Under the pieces are notes generated by a model. That model did no database searches and was not told the origin of the DNA. It saw only the letters and a program-made list of their open reading frames with translations. From Mytilus californianus (taxonomy: Eukaryota): a stretch of DNA of 64,000 nt. Position numbers and translations under genes: made by a program. The stretch covers positions 19,592,001-19,656,000 of the forward strand of contig NW_026262745.1 in assembly GCF_021869535.1 (NCBI RefSeq), written 5' to 3'. Shown piece by piece: positions 1 through 15,299 of the stretch; the stretch's first letter is position 1, and each line of letters begins with the position of its first letter.

Positions 1-5
1 AGGCA

Positions 6-2192
6 TCAATGTCTCCTCTTAATCACTGCAAAAATAAAAAGTGATAAAAAATTCAGAAGTCTATTTAGTGTAAATTATCTGGATATCGATACAGTTTCAT
101 CCCGACACTATCTTGCCACTTGAAAAGACACACTTTAAATGCCCAATGAGAAACGATCTGTCCATTTAAATCAACTTCCACACATTAGTCGAGTAAACAT
201 TTTGATAATATGATAGTACCTTCACAGATTGAGCTCAAACTGAAACCAAAAAAGGTGACATGTTGTCATACAATGTCCCTTTCATTCTACTGGTAATGTT
301 TGTTCTCAAATATAGATATACTAGTAACTTCTATTATGTAAAGGTGAGAAAAGCTACAATGTAAATTAATTTTGGTTACCAGTCAGAGTAAATAGGATTA
401 TGAACCATTTAGAAAGGCAAACACAAGCTACTGTTCTTGTTTTTATAGAAAATGTTTGCATATATTAGAATAATATCATCTGTTGCAAATTTCTTCAAAT
501 TCAAATGATTCTTTTATAACAACAGTCAATATATCAAATGATTCTCTACATTAAAAGTCAATACCACGAACATTCCAGTTTGAACGCAGATCTTCTTATG
601 TAATTAACATAGACACACACATTATACATAACAATATATGCTGAATTTTGCTTTACGTAACTCAGTTTTATTCAACCTACCAGAGACCTTATATATAATA
701 TTTTCAAATTTTCTAAATTAATTTAAATAATAAGACGTTACCAAATGGAGTAATAGGCATTTAAGTTTTCAATTTTTTACAGTTATAAATATTCTGAATA
801 CAAATATACAAGTCTAAGACTAAATGAATCTTAAAGCTTGCATGAACTGGTTTGCCATTCCATCTAAAGCTTCGCCCTTAGTGTAGCAATAAGTGAAGAC
901 AACAGGGGTCCAGTTTACTAAAAACTTTATACTTCTTGTAACAGACTTATCTCCATTTATTCATGATTATTACTAATCATACTGATTGTAAGATATATTT
1001 TCAAAATTTGATATCTGTATATACACGAATTTGTGTAGTTCTTTTAAAAGTAATACTTTTTAGACTGCTGTATCAATTACTGTCAAATAAAATTTAAGCA
1101 AATATAAAATTGGACATGACTTTGGTCAATGAAGATTACAAATTTTCATCTAACATATTCTTTTCATTCCTATCTAAGATGTGTAGGTCATCAACTTCTC
1201 TAAAGAAAGTAAAGCTGGTTTATACCTATATTATATAAATATGAATACAGCATTTGTAGCCTTTTTGTACCAGAACATCAAATATAGTACGCATTTCATG
1301 TTGAAAAAGAAGTGGCCATGTCCTTGTTTTAATATTATGGATTATTTACAAATTTCAATTAAAACATATTTTACAACCTACTTTAGGTGTGAAAGTAAAT
1401 ATATTGTTCTTTTTACTCTATTTATCAAAGACCATGTACTCACCATCGATATGTAGTTAATTCAATTAAAAATTCAAATACATTTTCAAAAGTATCGTTA
1501 TGAGAAATCTCAAAAGATATTTATTCTAGCTACTTGTTTAAATATTTGAAAAGTAGATCGACCCTACTTCTTATAGAGTCAAGCGAAGGATTTATTGTAC
1601 ATATTGTGGGTTGCCATCTAATATTTTGTAAAAATACCTGTCTTTATTCTGTATAGATTTGTCTACTTGACATTTAATGCTTAAAATAATCATTTTCTTA
1701 AACCTTTGTTCATGGCCGTCCAGAAATTTGGACCTCCCTGTGTAATGTATACTTATGTTGAAAAACATCAGAAATACCATTAATTCCTAGGAATTCTTTT
1801 TCACTACATATAAATGGAATAACCATAGACTATCTCTGAACAATCTTATATTTTCGTCAAACAAAATTAAAACAAAATATGCAAAAAATACAAACATTAC
1901 ATTCAGGAACAACCATGTATCCCAATTTCTATAAAAAATCTAGCACAGTAATATCTATCCCAAATCTACACTGACCAGTACTTTACCTGGATGGTGACCA
2001 CAGAATGAAATGATTTGGTCAGAACTGACCTTAACTGACACAAAGCTGTTAATTTCACAGGATACAAATAATCATCTATATTTGATATAATGTCTTTGTA
2101 TTATTTAGGAAACAAAAACAAATCAATTTCTCACCTAACATGACTCCAATAAGACATTGCTGTTTTTTGTGTGTGTGTTGAACTATGAATAC
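6..2192 (-). CDS. Candidate multi-exon gene, 3' part, product unknown
   Basis: Six GT-AG bounded segments join in phase: 2192-2135, 2045-1987, 1737-1638, 1199-1140, 239-220, 25-6 (stop). They read ...MSYWSHVSFVSVKVSSDQIISFCGHHPGRSKFLDGHEQRFKKMIILSIKCQVDKSIQNKDREVDDLHILDRNEKNMLDENFLSSICEVIKRRH*. Manual prediction; a second frame is also open in two exons; no homology recognised. Confidence 0.4.
820..917 (-). CDS. Candidate alternative terminal exon
   Basis: Locally GC-richer segment after a weak acceptor (gtttttag), reading (V)NWTPVVFTYCYTKGEALDGMANQFMQALRFI*; all plus-strand frames close quickly. Confidence 0.25.
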
Positions 2193-5100
2193 CTTAAACT
2201 GATTTATATATTTATTATAATTTTTCAGAAAAGAACTATTAAGATCAATAAAAAATGTCAATATAATGAATACTCAAATAATAATGAAATTTTAGGCCTA
2301 TTTTATATTGGGGTATTATGAGTTCATCTGAAAGTTAATGAACAACTCGGTCAGACAATCTTATCATATTTTTTTTAATGAAGGAACCATTGGGATTTAT
2401 CTAGTAAGACAACATGGAAAAAATATTACTATATAAATCCTTGTTTGAATATATTTTTAACTGATGGTGAAAAAAGAAAAAAACTTTAATGTAAATTGAC
2501 ATTTATATTAGTTTTGGTATTTTTTTTGTTGAAAAAAATATAAAATATGAAGAATTTCTATATCTCTTAATCTAAAATAACTTCTTTACCTTGCAGTTTA
2601 GATTTAATGTTCCATTTTTAAAGCACGATAACAACTAAGACGAGCTTCGTGCAGACCTTACTGCAAGACCTACAAAACCAATAAAGTAGTCCATAAGAAA
2701 TTCACTTAAATGTTTTCCACATTAACTTCCAATTATGATAATTGCACAAAATGCGTCTCCTAATTATTATCTGCACAAATGCATTTCAAATTATTATCAC
2801 TGTCGGTAAAACGGTCCACTTTAGATCTTTTGTAATTAGTTCCTTCTAATGTCTTGTAAACCTAGCGGTTCTTTGTGTAATATAATTGCAGAGGTGAATC
2901 TACAATTCTGTTAATGTTTGGTAATGTGAATTTTGACCAAATTTGACCAGTGGTCATCAATTGTCTCAATTGCAATGGTTTTGTATAAAATAAATCATAC
3001 ATGACTTTAATGGCCATTTATGACAAAACCAATCACCATCCCCTGTTGATCAATGACCAATTTTGATGGCTCAATATCTTGTCATATAATAGGACGCTAC
3101 CTGTACAGGTATTCTACTGACCACTGGTCTTGGAGTGAGAAGAAAGTTAATCAGATTTTCCCTAATGATAACTGAGGATTTGTCTGATCAACACATATTA
3201 AAGACAGTCGGCCATATGTTGCATTTTCATGAAAAAATATTTCAGATTTAATGTATCAAGTATCAAAAATTCAGTTCACAATCAATAAACTCCAAAAATT
3301 TGATCCATGGAGTTCTGTACAATTCTATGATATGACAGACTAATGTAGGTTCATAAGTGCAATTTTCGTTAATAATAATTTAGTTCAAGTAGTTATTCAG
3401 GTTCATTCTTACTTCATGGTAGTATTATTTCTAGCACAAAATATTCAGAAATTTTTGATAATCATAAAAATTATTAAAAAAAATGAATAGTGTCCAACCT
3501 TTGAAAATCTTTGCAAAATAAAAGCCATCTAAACTTACAAAAATGAAAATTAAGTAAAGGCTGGTATAATATTTGGAATGTAATGAACCTACCCTTTTAA
3601 GGTTACAAATCACAATAATGACTATTGCTAATCGGTTATAAAACTGTCAATAAATTCCAAATATTGAGATCTTCAAAGCGTCCTTATCCTATAATTTATC
3701 CCAGACAAAGTAGCAATTTTTCGACACGGTTTTCACATTAAAGTCTCTTATTATAATAATAACAATTATCTGTGCACACTCATCAATATCGTAAACTGGA
3801 CTGATATTTAAATTAATTTCTATGTCCACTTTATATCAGAATCCAGACATAATATTAACCAGACTTAATTTACACCTGAACATGAAATGAAGGCAGGATT
3901 TAATTACAGACAAATAGGTGGACAATTAAAAGGTGGCAAAGATCAATTGAAAGATGCATTGGTCAATACCTGGTCATTCTATAGGTAATTTGCTGGGAGT
4001 AGTGATCCCCCCATGTTAATTGGATTAACATGTCTGGGTGTGTTAGTCCCCTGTGGTCTGTGTAAACAAAACAATCAACAATGTTAATGTTTTTATGATC
4101 AGGTATCAAATCTCTTTGTGATAATATCAGTAGCACTATCTGAAAAGAAACTTGATAATTTGAATAACAATTTCAGAAATTAATCTTTTTATTATATTTT
4201 AGAAATAATTTTCAAAGATAAAGGTGTCCCATTATAAAATATTCTTATAACATTTTCATTAAATGGGATTAAAACAAATTGTTTAAGAATGTACTACAAT
4301 TTTTTTTCCTTCATTCAATTTTCAATTCATAAAAGTTAAAACTGAACTTTTTAAAAAATCAACATAATTGCCCTATCAAGGATTTTGCGTTAATTTAGCT
4401 AAATATTTGTGATAGAAGAGTTCTTGTTCAGGTACCTGAGACTACTATAACATGGTGTTAGAGTAATCTCAGCTGGTACAAAACAGTACCATAATAGGTA
4501 AATTTGATATTGCTTACCGGTAATATTTGCAAAATATCAAGACATCCTTACTTACATGGAAAAGAGGTATTCCTCATGCAGTTATGACAAGAGTTAATTT
4601 CAAGCTGTATTGAATGAAAAGCTGTAAATTTCAATTATGTTTGAAAAATTTAAAATATTGGAACTTGGACCAGATACACCCAGCAGCCAAACATGACATT
4701 GGACAAGGAAAATACCAATATATCAACATGTTAAATAATTTTTTGGCTTTAATAGGTGATAAAAATATGTTTTTATTACTAACTGGACATACTTATTTCC
4801 TATTTGTCTTTATTGACAAATTTATGAAGAATGTCACAAGATATTTGTTGTAACATTATATACAATTTAATAAAACATGACAAATTAGTAAGTAAAAACT
4901 CTTTTATAACTTGAGGCCCAAACATCTGTGTAAAATCAAATTAACATGTTTTCATGCCCAGAAAATGTTCTAATGGCTATGAAACGATTAAGTTATTGTA
5001 AATGTAAAATTTATGTACAAGATTTAATTCAAGTTTGAAATTTAGGTTGTGATAATAAAAATTTTAATTGCTGAAGACAATATTTTATTTCAACATACAT

Positions 5101-5731
5101 GTCTGAGGCCCATAAAACAGTCTTAGATTTTTTTTTAAAATCAAGTATTATTACTCACAGACTTATCAGTTCTTAGCTTTGGCTCAAATGTTAAAAAACT
5201 CTGACTTTTATTATTTGTGAATGATTTAAGCCACTGATGCCAAATTATAAGATCAAAATGACATTTTTCATAAAATTGAAAAAAACGAGATTATTTTTCA
5301 AGTTGTACAAGCCATGAATTGAACTTAAAGTCACAGTAGATGCAAATAAAAAGTCCCCCCACCCCCTGAAACATTTTGTCACTTCACATAATAGCAATTT
5401 GAATGTTAAGATTTTTGCCGTAATTTAAAAACTTTTTTCCTTAATCCATCAAACATGAGAGGTCTTACATTATACAAAGTGAAATGTAGACAATGTCTGT
5501 ACAAACATCCACATTTTGGCACTTTCAAAGGCCCTCTTTATATGATTAATCAGTCTATTTATCAAAATAAAGATCCTCATGAATAAATGTATTATTTTGT
5601 CATTTTCCCAATTATATTCCTTTATTTCATCGACTTACTGTTCAGTAACTAAAAATGAGAATTTTTCCTATTTTTGTGAAATTGGAACTGATTTAAATAA
5701 AAATATATCATTATTTTCTAACAACCAGCAA

Positions 5732-6702
5732 AGGAGTAGGTCCAGTAAGACCCCTTTTTGGCCCCAAAATATAGCAGTTTTACAAAGTTGTTAAAATGTA
5801 AACTTTTAGCTATTTATTGGAAAGAAGAATACTTCTGTTACATAAATATGGGCTGTTTTTGACAATACAATGCACATGTATCGGGTACTAACATCATTAA
5901 GTCATGCTAAATTACTGAAATCTTCACAATTTTTGTTTGAGTTAATTTTTAGACGGTTTTCGTCTTAAATGGAAGTGGCCGCATTCGTGTTCATTCTTAA
6001 TATTTAAATGTAAGTTGTATTTGATGATAATACATATCATATATAAAGGTCGAGGATGAACACGAATGCGGCCACTTTCATTTGTGACAAAAACTATCTG
6101 AAAAGTGACATATTATGGCATAATTGAGAGATTTTTAATATTAAAGTCTTCATTTGAGCGTCTTTGGTGACTAAATCGGCCCAAATCTTTCAGATAAACT
6201 AATTGAATCTACTAAAGTAGACACTTGAGTGTTTAAGGATGTTCGCTTGTCATGTTTAGGATTTTTTGTCAGATTTTCGGAATCCTCTGGTTTCATCCAT
6301 TTGAATGCCTTAAAAAATTTTGCCCACTCACCCCCATTTTTCTTTTTATAAATCTTTTACATGTATAATTATAAGCCATTTGTAAAAATCTTATAAAATC
6401 GTTGTTATTTTTTGATAGTTTTTGAGAGCTTTATCTTGTCAATGATAAAGCTATGATAAATCAAGAGAGAACATTTTCCCGCAAAAATTTCAATGGCTAA
6501 TATCTCGAAAACAAGCACAAGGACCTATATTTTATTTTGCTCTTTTGGTTCCTTTATTAATTCCCTATCAATATATACTAGTGTTATGAAAAGCTTGTTA
6601 TTTTGAAACTGAGTAGCGAACTTCCTTAAAAAGTGTCCAAAATATTTCATCAGATGAACCTGAAATTTGAGGCCAAAATCGGCCCTTACCGGACCTACTC
6701 CT
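5732..6702. mobile_element. Non-autonomous TIR element, Kolobok-like
   Basis: TIRs AGGAGTAGGTCC(A/G)GTAAG match 17/18; right flank TTAA, left flank GCAA. Internal 28-bp inverted repeat at 5967-5994/6056-6083. RR termini with TTAA are the Kolobok signature. Confidence 0.75.
6237..6625. mobile_element. Nested TTAA-flanked MITE, Kolobok-like
   Basis: TTAA|GGATGTTCGCT ... AGCGAACTTCC|TTAA; TIR 10/11; TTAA at 6233-6236 and 6626-6629. Confidence 0.7.
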
Positions 6703-8815
6703 TTAAAAGTGATCTATAAAGAAAAATGCAAGCAAGTAAAAAATTAAGTACTTAAAATATTTAAAAATGATGTATCATTGCTTAAATTTCAAAAAATGTA
6801 TTTACTTTCATCATTAAAAAGAATGAAATATTATACTGCTTATGTACTACATAATATCAAATGTTTAACTTAAAGAGGCAGATTTCATGATTACTAGTAA
6901 TAATACTATATTTTGCCAGATAAATATATTATAGGCAAAAGGATACCACATTTTAAACTGATACTGTCACATCTGATAAACAGAGTAATATGGACCTATT
7001 TCATTTTTTTCTTCAAATTATTAACACTGCCCTTTTGAAATTTAAACATAATATAAAGAAGTTGTATTACTGGTACAAAACTAAGTAGAAAAGTAGTTTT
7101 TCATGACTCTGAGGTCAAAGTTTTATCATTTTTACATAGTTTTTTTTAACTACATGCACAATTTTATGATATTTTAGAAAAAGTAAAAAAACATATTGTC
7201 ATCAAACATTTTTTAACAACATGCCTAAGGGTTTGAAGTACAAATTATGATTCAGTCTATTTTTTATAGACCTCCAATATTGAACAGGAACGAATAAAGC
7301 ATTTGATTCTAATAAAAAATAAAATGAAAAAAAATATAGAAAATTATAAAAAAAATATCATAAAAGTAATAATGATCTGTGAAAATATTTTATATGAAAC
7401 TAAATGAATGGACTCAAATTATACTTGAGAACTTTAAAAAATTGTCTCGTATATCATTGCTAATGTATGTTAAATTTGCCACATCCATCCATTTTTCATC
7501 CTGTCCTTTCTAAGGGAGGTCCAATACCTGCTTGAAAGTGAGGTAAGGTTGAACAAGAATGATTGTATGATAAATGTCCACAATTGACCAAGTTACATGA
7601 AGTGTGACTTTATGTCCGAGATGACCATAAAATACACACAATATTGCTATATTCATGTTGTACACTGATATATAGCCATATAAAGGGGTCATTATTTCAA
7701 CAGCTTCGTATTTAACAAGATATTATAATTACCAATATCTTTTGATGCGGAAATGGCAAAATTGCATTCAGAAAAGAGGTTTTCAAGGGGGAAAAGAAAT
7801 TCAGATTGGAAATATATCACCACATTAATTCCAGAAGAATGAACAAGGTATTAAAAGTACAGGTGCACTGGGGTAAATGTTTTTTTTTTTTACTATTTTC
7901 CAAAAATCTGAACAATTTCAATTGACAGGAACACTAAAAAATACCATCCTAAGATATAAAATTATCCTTACCATGTTCATAAATTTTAAGACTTTCTATA
8001 TTCAGTGAAGTATTTTGAACTGTTTTTATACTTTATAAGTTATATTTTCATTAAATTTTGAGTTTTGCAGGGTCTTTTGATAAGTATTTTATTTTTATTG
8101 TCAAATATGCCAAGCACCTGAAATTCAATATCTTATTTGAAATTTAAAGTCAAAATTTTACAATCAGAAAACCCAAGTTCATCATTTTTGTTAATATTAA
8201 AAATGCAATAGTCTTTGTATAAATAAGATAGAAAGATTAGATAAGAAGTTGGGGTTTCATAAATATATTAAAATCACTAATAATTCTTTCACCTATGTCA
8301 ATATATTAACTTTTAGTCAACCATAAAAGTTTGTTATGGGTGACTTTTCAGTTCATTGTAGATGAATTATAATAGATGCCCCCTATAAAATTTTACAACA
8401 AAATTACATTTCTTTTTTATTATTACCTTAAGGTGGTGTGACAATTTTGATTTATTACTTGAAATGTGATGAATGTATAGAAACTAAGCTTTATATCATA
8501 ATGTAATTACCACAAGTTTGCATAATTAACTTGTACATTCATTTTGAGAATATAAAATTATGATAAAATACAATATGGTACCCTATGTGTCATATTTGCC
8601 TCTCGAGATTTGCATTTTGGATTTTAAAATCTTACAACATTTTCCATGAAAGTGTATTTAGGTGTTTCTGAAACTTACCAGATATTTTGTAAAACAAATT
8701 GTCATAAAAAATTCACTTATTGTTAAAATGTATTCCTGTTTTCTTTTCATCTATTCAACTATTACAATGTGAACAATATAAGCAATTTCAATGTTTCAAT
8801 AGACATTACAATTTC

Positions 8816-9802
8816 TCATGTTTTGCAATTGAAATTATGGTAATGCTTTAAGGCTCTCCTGAAGAAGAAGGCAACTGCCAAAAAAAAAATATGCACATTT
8901 AAAACATTTCCCTTTTTGTTCAAATACTTATACTTGTAGTAATTCAATTTTTAACAACTATTTTACTAATGGATAAAAAAATCTCTTCAACAAGTATATA
9001 AATATATGACAGAAAATTGCAGAACAATACATGTATTTGGCACAGTACTACATGTATCATTGGCCGATGACATATTACAGTATAGGTTCAAATAATTTAA
9101 ATTTCAGATATCATCAATTAGCGATGTTATCAAGTATTTGTCATTTTCAACCTATCAATCACAATAAAGAAAAGGACGTCCCATCTTAATTCAAATCTTT
9201 ATACTTCCATGATTATTTTTGTTAAACTTTTCATTCTGTTGATCAAGTGTAGCAAAAACTTTAAGGAAAGATTTAATTTAATAAACTTTGTTCATTTTAC
9301 TCAATAACGTTAGATCTAACCTATATGTGATATCAATGGAAACCACTTGTCTGTCAATTTCATTGAGGAGTAATTAAAATAATTTTTCTTTTAGTTGTCA
9401 ACAATATTTTAATGAAAAGAATCAGCCGATTTTGAAGGAGTTTGAACTATATATTTTTCCTCAAGCGACCTCCAATTATGGAAATCTTTATTCAAATGGT
9501 ACCCTTCCGTAATTAATGTTGTTTGATAAAATACAAAGTAAATTGTCATCACAAGAGGCAGCACATATGAAGAGCTTTCCAATCCAATCATGGTCATAAT
9601 TTTAATTACTAGTCTGGGAAATATATTCTTCTTTTTTTTTACCATAAAAAGAGATATTGATTAAAAAGATAAAATTTTAATTATAAAATCCCAGTCCATT
9701 TCAATTTCAACAATTCAGAAGATCAAAATTTTGTATAGTATTGTTAAAAGGTAGGTTCATGTCACACTTACTGGATCCCAATTTGTTCTGGAAATTAAAG
9801 TC
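8816..9802 (-). CDS. Candidate last two coding exons of an unknown gene
   Basis: Exon 9802-9772 (acceptor ttattttcacaaag, donor gtaagt) joins in phase to 8874-8816 (acceptor T-run+ggcag): DFNFQNKLGSIAFFFRRALKHYHNFNCKT*. Confidence 0.45.
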
Positions 9803-12800
9803 CTTTGTGAAAATAAATCAGATGTAAATCTCAAATTGAAATCAAAATGAAGATTTGTGGCCACCCATATGATTGATGGAACAATATTGCTGGGTGTATG
9901 TAACATGAGGATTCAAATGGAATTACTAATAGAACCATGCTTTTTACACCCTACACCTGTGATATTGATGTGTTATTGACAGGCTGCAATTTTATATAAT
10001 CAAATATTTGCTCACAAGCTGGTGTCCTTAAATTTGAAAAAAAATATATTCTTATTTTTTTTATCTCCCATAGAATCAAAGTAACAGTTGCACTTTGAAC
10101 TTATTAAAGGACAGGAAACAATAGGGTACATGTTAATTAAATACTATACAGGGAAATCAATTATCTAAGTTAAATGAAAATACTCCTAGAGTATTTTGTA
10201 ATATTGGCCACTTGATAATATATCCATTTGAAAATATGGAGACAAGGTTCAGAATCTATTTTCCCAAAGAGAAGCTTTCAATCCATTTCTATTCAAAGTT
10301 TTACTGGTTTATAGACAAAAGAATATAAATACAAAAGTTTAACATAAATCTGTTTATGCTCAAACTTATGACAACCAGTCAAAGATAAAACTAGAAGATA
10401 TTTTTGATATTTTGTTTTCAGACCAAGTACTGTAATTTATTTTTGAATTAGCTAGTTTAATTTACAATTTTTTTGTAGTTGTGTTCTTCACATTAAATTA
10501 AATGCTTTCAATGAACTATCCAATAATTTTTATTATAACAGATATTTATCTCCAACTTGTACTAAGGGGAGATAATTCATCCTATAATTTTATCACACCA
10601 ATAATTGACAAACTGGTGTAATGCTGTACCTCTCTTGCCTTAACTTATACTCTCTTATGTATATAAAGCAAAAAATATATTATCTCTGAACAAATTTGAT
10701 AATCTATTCTTTTGATAGTGTTTGACCTTTAAAAATGTTGAAAGACAATGTAAATAAACAAATGAGCAAGTTTCAAAATTTTTAGTGACCACTATAGCAA
10801 AAAAAAAAAAAAGACATAGAAAGGAAAGAAGAATTTGAAGAAAAGTTTATGTCATTTGCATGCAGTAAAACACATTACTATCATACAGATAAAGATTTCT
10901 CCCACAAGATTTGTTTTTTGCATTAGTTATAAAATTTTCCTTAATGTTATTATTTCCTTAGTATTAATTTTTGTAATAAACTTTTTAGGAATAAGCTGTT
11001 TTAAAATTAAAAAAAAAAAGAAATTAATTCATATAAGTGGACATTTACCAAAAAGATAACAAAAGGAGATGTGGGGTATACATCAATGCAACAGCAACCC
11101 AATAATAAAAACAACCAAAAGACATAAAAACAGGTGTCTTCATAAATCATGTCAATGTCTAATTTAGTAAATATTCATATCTTACAGTTTTTTTTATAAA
11201 TATAAAATAAATTAAAAAGTAACTTATTCAGCAAACTACATGAAAAAAGTATCTTCCTAGTAATATATATAAACTAAAACTGGTGTATACAATTAATCAG
11301 ATCATTTCTTGGGATTTTTTAAAAAAATTTCTTCATCTGTATTTCATCATGAAATATACCATATTGAAAATATAAGTTAAAACTGTGTTTTCAAATATCA
11401 AATTAAATTCATTTCAAAAGAATGGAACAACAACTCCCCTGATACTGTATCAAAAATATACATACCAATGAAAATGAATATGCCTTATTAGAATATATAC
11501 ATAAACTCCAAACACTACAAAGTTGATAATTTTACACCACACACGAAAAAAAAATATAAACTAGAAAATTTAAATGGACTGTAATATGATTCTATCATGT
11601 TTGTCAACAGGTGGTATTAAAATGAAATCAACGAATAAAATTTCAGCCAATCACATCAAACTTAAGTATCATTCAATTCAATGCACCTTGTTTTGTTACA
11701 AAGTGCTAGGCCTAACAGCCTTAGGGCACGGGATTCAAGTCTTTCGATCGTAAAAAAGGTTACAATGGAAGGTATTAGTTCTGGATTTAGTTTACTAGAT
11801 TTAACACAAATAAAACGATCAGATAGATTTACTTAATTTTTATGTAAACTAGGATAGAATAGTGTTGATATAATGGTGGGAAAATTTATATTAGCATTAA
11901 ATATCCTTTAAAACTGTAATTTGGCATGTTTTTGAGGAATTGAAAGGAAAATTATAGTCGATTAATTTGTTAAATGTTTAAATTAAGCATGATAGGTCTA
12001 TAATGCGCAATTTGACTTCCCGCTTCTTGTCTAACTCACAAGGCATATTATGACTTCAACAAAACAGTTTATGACTAAATGTAAATCATACTAAAAAAAT
12101 ATGACAGATATAATTTTATACATCAATTTGTAATAAGACTTATTTAATACTTCCAAATATAAAGTTTTTATTGGTAATTTGAATAAATTTTGCATTTATT
12201 TCCTTCTTTTCCTCAGATGTCAATATAAGTTTTGAAATCAAACTTATCTTTTTTGTTCATTTGTATGTAGACCTGACTTATATATGTACAGAATCATATT
12301 TTTTGTCACTTTCCTCAATAATAATTTCCATCAACTCAATAAATGTATTTCTTTTCCCCCTCATAATTATTGTTTCCCGAAAGTAGTTATTTGAAAGTAG
12401 ATATTTGTCTTCTGTGCAAAATAAGTTTTTTTATGTTATACATGTAGTTTTTTTCCTTCCTTTGATATGATTAATCTCTTAAACATAAAAAACTGAAATC
12501 TCTTGTTATTCTTTAAGAAATTATCAACTCACATAAAAGGATTGACTTCACAATACCCTTATATATATAAATAATATTTAATCTGCATTTTAATCTTAAT
12601 CATCCCCAAAAGATACAATTTTAATTTTAAAGCGCTACTTTAAAACTTAATTCCATTTCAATAATACAACAGTTTTGCTAACAAATCCTTTCCCAACAAT
12701 GTTCCCAGAAGCAACAACATATCGTAATATTAATCATCAATTAGTACACTGCTGGTTTTGTTTTTAAAATAACAATAATAATATAAATAGCTTTTGTGAG

Positions 12801-13089
12801 GATTAGAGAGAATGACCAAGTCACTTTTGGTGGATTAAGACCCAAAGATTATGAAATATATATAAAAAGAGTAATGTTCCTAAGCCAGCGATGTCAATGG
12901 TGATTATAAAAGTTATGTCACATGCTTTGTTAATAATGGATCATATATGTGTATTAAACAGGGATTTATCTGTATGTAACTTCCCAAAACATTCCAGTTA
13001 TATTATTTACAGAGATGACTAAATAACTGGAATAGGACAAAAATTCCTCCTGGTACTTGTCATCTTATTACTAATTATAAAAATAGAGT

Positions 13090-13175
13090 TTGACCTATAG
13101 TTGTTAACTTTTATGACATTTGGACTCAGGTGGAGAGTTGTCTCATTGGTCATCATACCACATATTCATCTTTTT
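13090..13175 (-). repeat. Short interspersed repeat (GATGTGGTATGATTGCCAATGAGACAACTCTCC family)
   Basis: Related copies at about 14650-14770(-), 16815-16960(+), 19150-19470(+), 23320-23440(-), 25995-26040(+) and 26320-26420(-). Confidence 0.8.
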
Positions 13176-15299
13176 ATATTAGGTTTGTGATGTGTTTTAG
13201 AAATAGTGCTCAATATCACTGCACTATAGACCAATTTCAGACAATCATCTTTAAAACAAAATATTTTTTATTATAGATAGTGATTGTTTGATTGACCTAT
13301 AAGTTAAAGATGAAGATAAAGATGATGATGATTGATTAATTAATCAATTAATTAATTGATTGATTAATTGATTTGTGGTGCAATTAAAGTTAAACAGTAT
13401 TCAGCCATTACAATGATGGTCAAAACAGCTGAAAAATTGAAGCAATAACTCACAAATTGAGCAGGTTAATGCACTTTAACTTTTTGTGGTTTGATTTACA
13501 CAATATACAATCTATAAAACTAGACAACTAGTTGGGACAGCTAAAACTTGTTAATGATGCTGTATAACTGGTACCCTAACTGATGGAACAGTATTTATGG
13601 TACAAGTCTACCTGCCCAGGACATTGTCTCCCATGCTTTTAAGTTATTTACAGTATGCCAGTATGTTGAAAAGTTTACAATACATGATCATGAAGTTATG
13701 AATTGAATCGGAGTAATTACCAGTTATTTAGTTTCAGAATAGACTGAAATTTTATCGTAAATTACAATTTAAATGTTCCTGTTAAAGCATGGCATTGACA
13801 ACTCTAGTCAACATCAGATTTTATCATACATGGTTAGTTTTAATTTCAATTAAACATGATAAAATCTTTTTGGTTCTTTTACATTCCAATGATTTTAAAC
13901 GAAATTTATAATTGGTGTCAACTTTCTCCAAAGCCATATGAAACATTGATACTATCCGAATTAAGAAGACTTTATGGCAACATGTTCAAGCTGTATAAAC
14001 TGTCTTTAGACAAATTTCAATTCCCTTATATTTCACTACTGTAATCGTGTATTTTACCAATAGTCAGATTATTAGATTTTAAAATTTCTTCTACTATAAG
14101 TTATTTTCATTTTAATATACCAAACATAGAATGCCTTCATAAATACAGTTCTCACTGCCTCAAGCACTTGACTGAGTCATTATAAAATAGGGCAAACACA
14201 AATAAGGTAAATTCAAGGGGAATAACTAAGAAACAAAACATGGATTAAATTTTGATCAGAATGAATCTCAACTTGTGTTCAATGGTTCCTAAAATATTGT
14301 ATGAAAATTGGAATGACTTTATTCTAAAAAATCAAATCTTTTTTCTGCATAATGAAAGCCAAAACTTAAATACAATACTAGAACATATCCAAGTTCAACC
14401 TGGCCTGTGTCAAATGTATCTAATGTAAATGTCTGGGTAAGTTCAGTTGTTAAACAGAAAATTCCGATTTGTCTATATTCTAAATTATCAAAGGGCATAA
14501 AACTGGAATGAAAAGTCAATTAACAAAAGTCAATGTCCCTAGCAGCATTTCATTATATGAAATAAGTTGGTAAAAAGCTAATAGATTGGAGACCTTAAAT
14601 TTGCCTATTATTGCAAGTGTAAGGGCACATAACTATATAATGTATATAACATAATATGGTATGGATTTTGCTCATTGTAGAAGGCTGTACAGTGACAAAT
14701 AAACATCATTTGGACTCTTGTAGATAGTTGTCTACATTGGCAATCATATCATATCTTCTTACTTTTATATAGTTTAAAAAATACACTTTGGGATTCAATT
14801 ACACATAGACATGATAGATGTAGAAATTTATTTAGTCCTTTTTTAAGTGTTCCATTCCCATTAGCCTGGGTTAAAATGGAAACAAACATATTGACTTTCT
14901 TACTGTTAGAGATCAGAGTTTGATGGTAAACCCATTTAAGACTAGAAAGCTAAATTTTTCTCTCAATTATCATTCCATTACAGTTTCTACAAAGGAAAGC
15001 TGAGATATTTTCAAACCATTAACTGAGATCAAAATCATCGGGAAGAGGGAACTGTTTTTATTACTGTATATTGGATATACTTTTTAATAAAACGCAACAT
15101 AATATATGTTTATCTTCAGAATGAATCTGATACACTTGTGTTTTTATCTTTAAAATCAGATTTAAATTACTAAATGTAGTCGTACCTGATCTTATCATCT
15201 CTACAAAGAAAGAACAAAATAAGGGAAAGGGTATCATACAATGGGAAAAATTCAATACTACATTGAAAACATGAAATTGTAACTAATTTCAATTGTACA

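Noticed and set aside
2590-2669. Coding exon upstream of the first gene candidate
   Set aside because: It has good splice signals, but all three frames contain stops; at most a UTR exon.
11700-11755. tRNA-like sequence (GGATTCAAGTC resembles a B box)
   Set aside because: No cloverleaf or A box; only a short hairpin.
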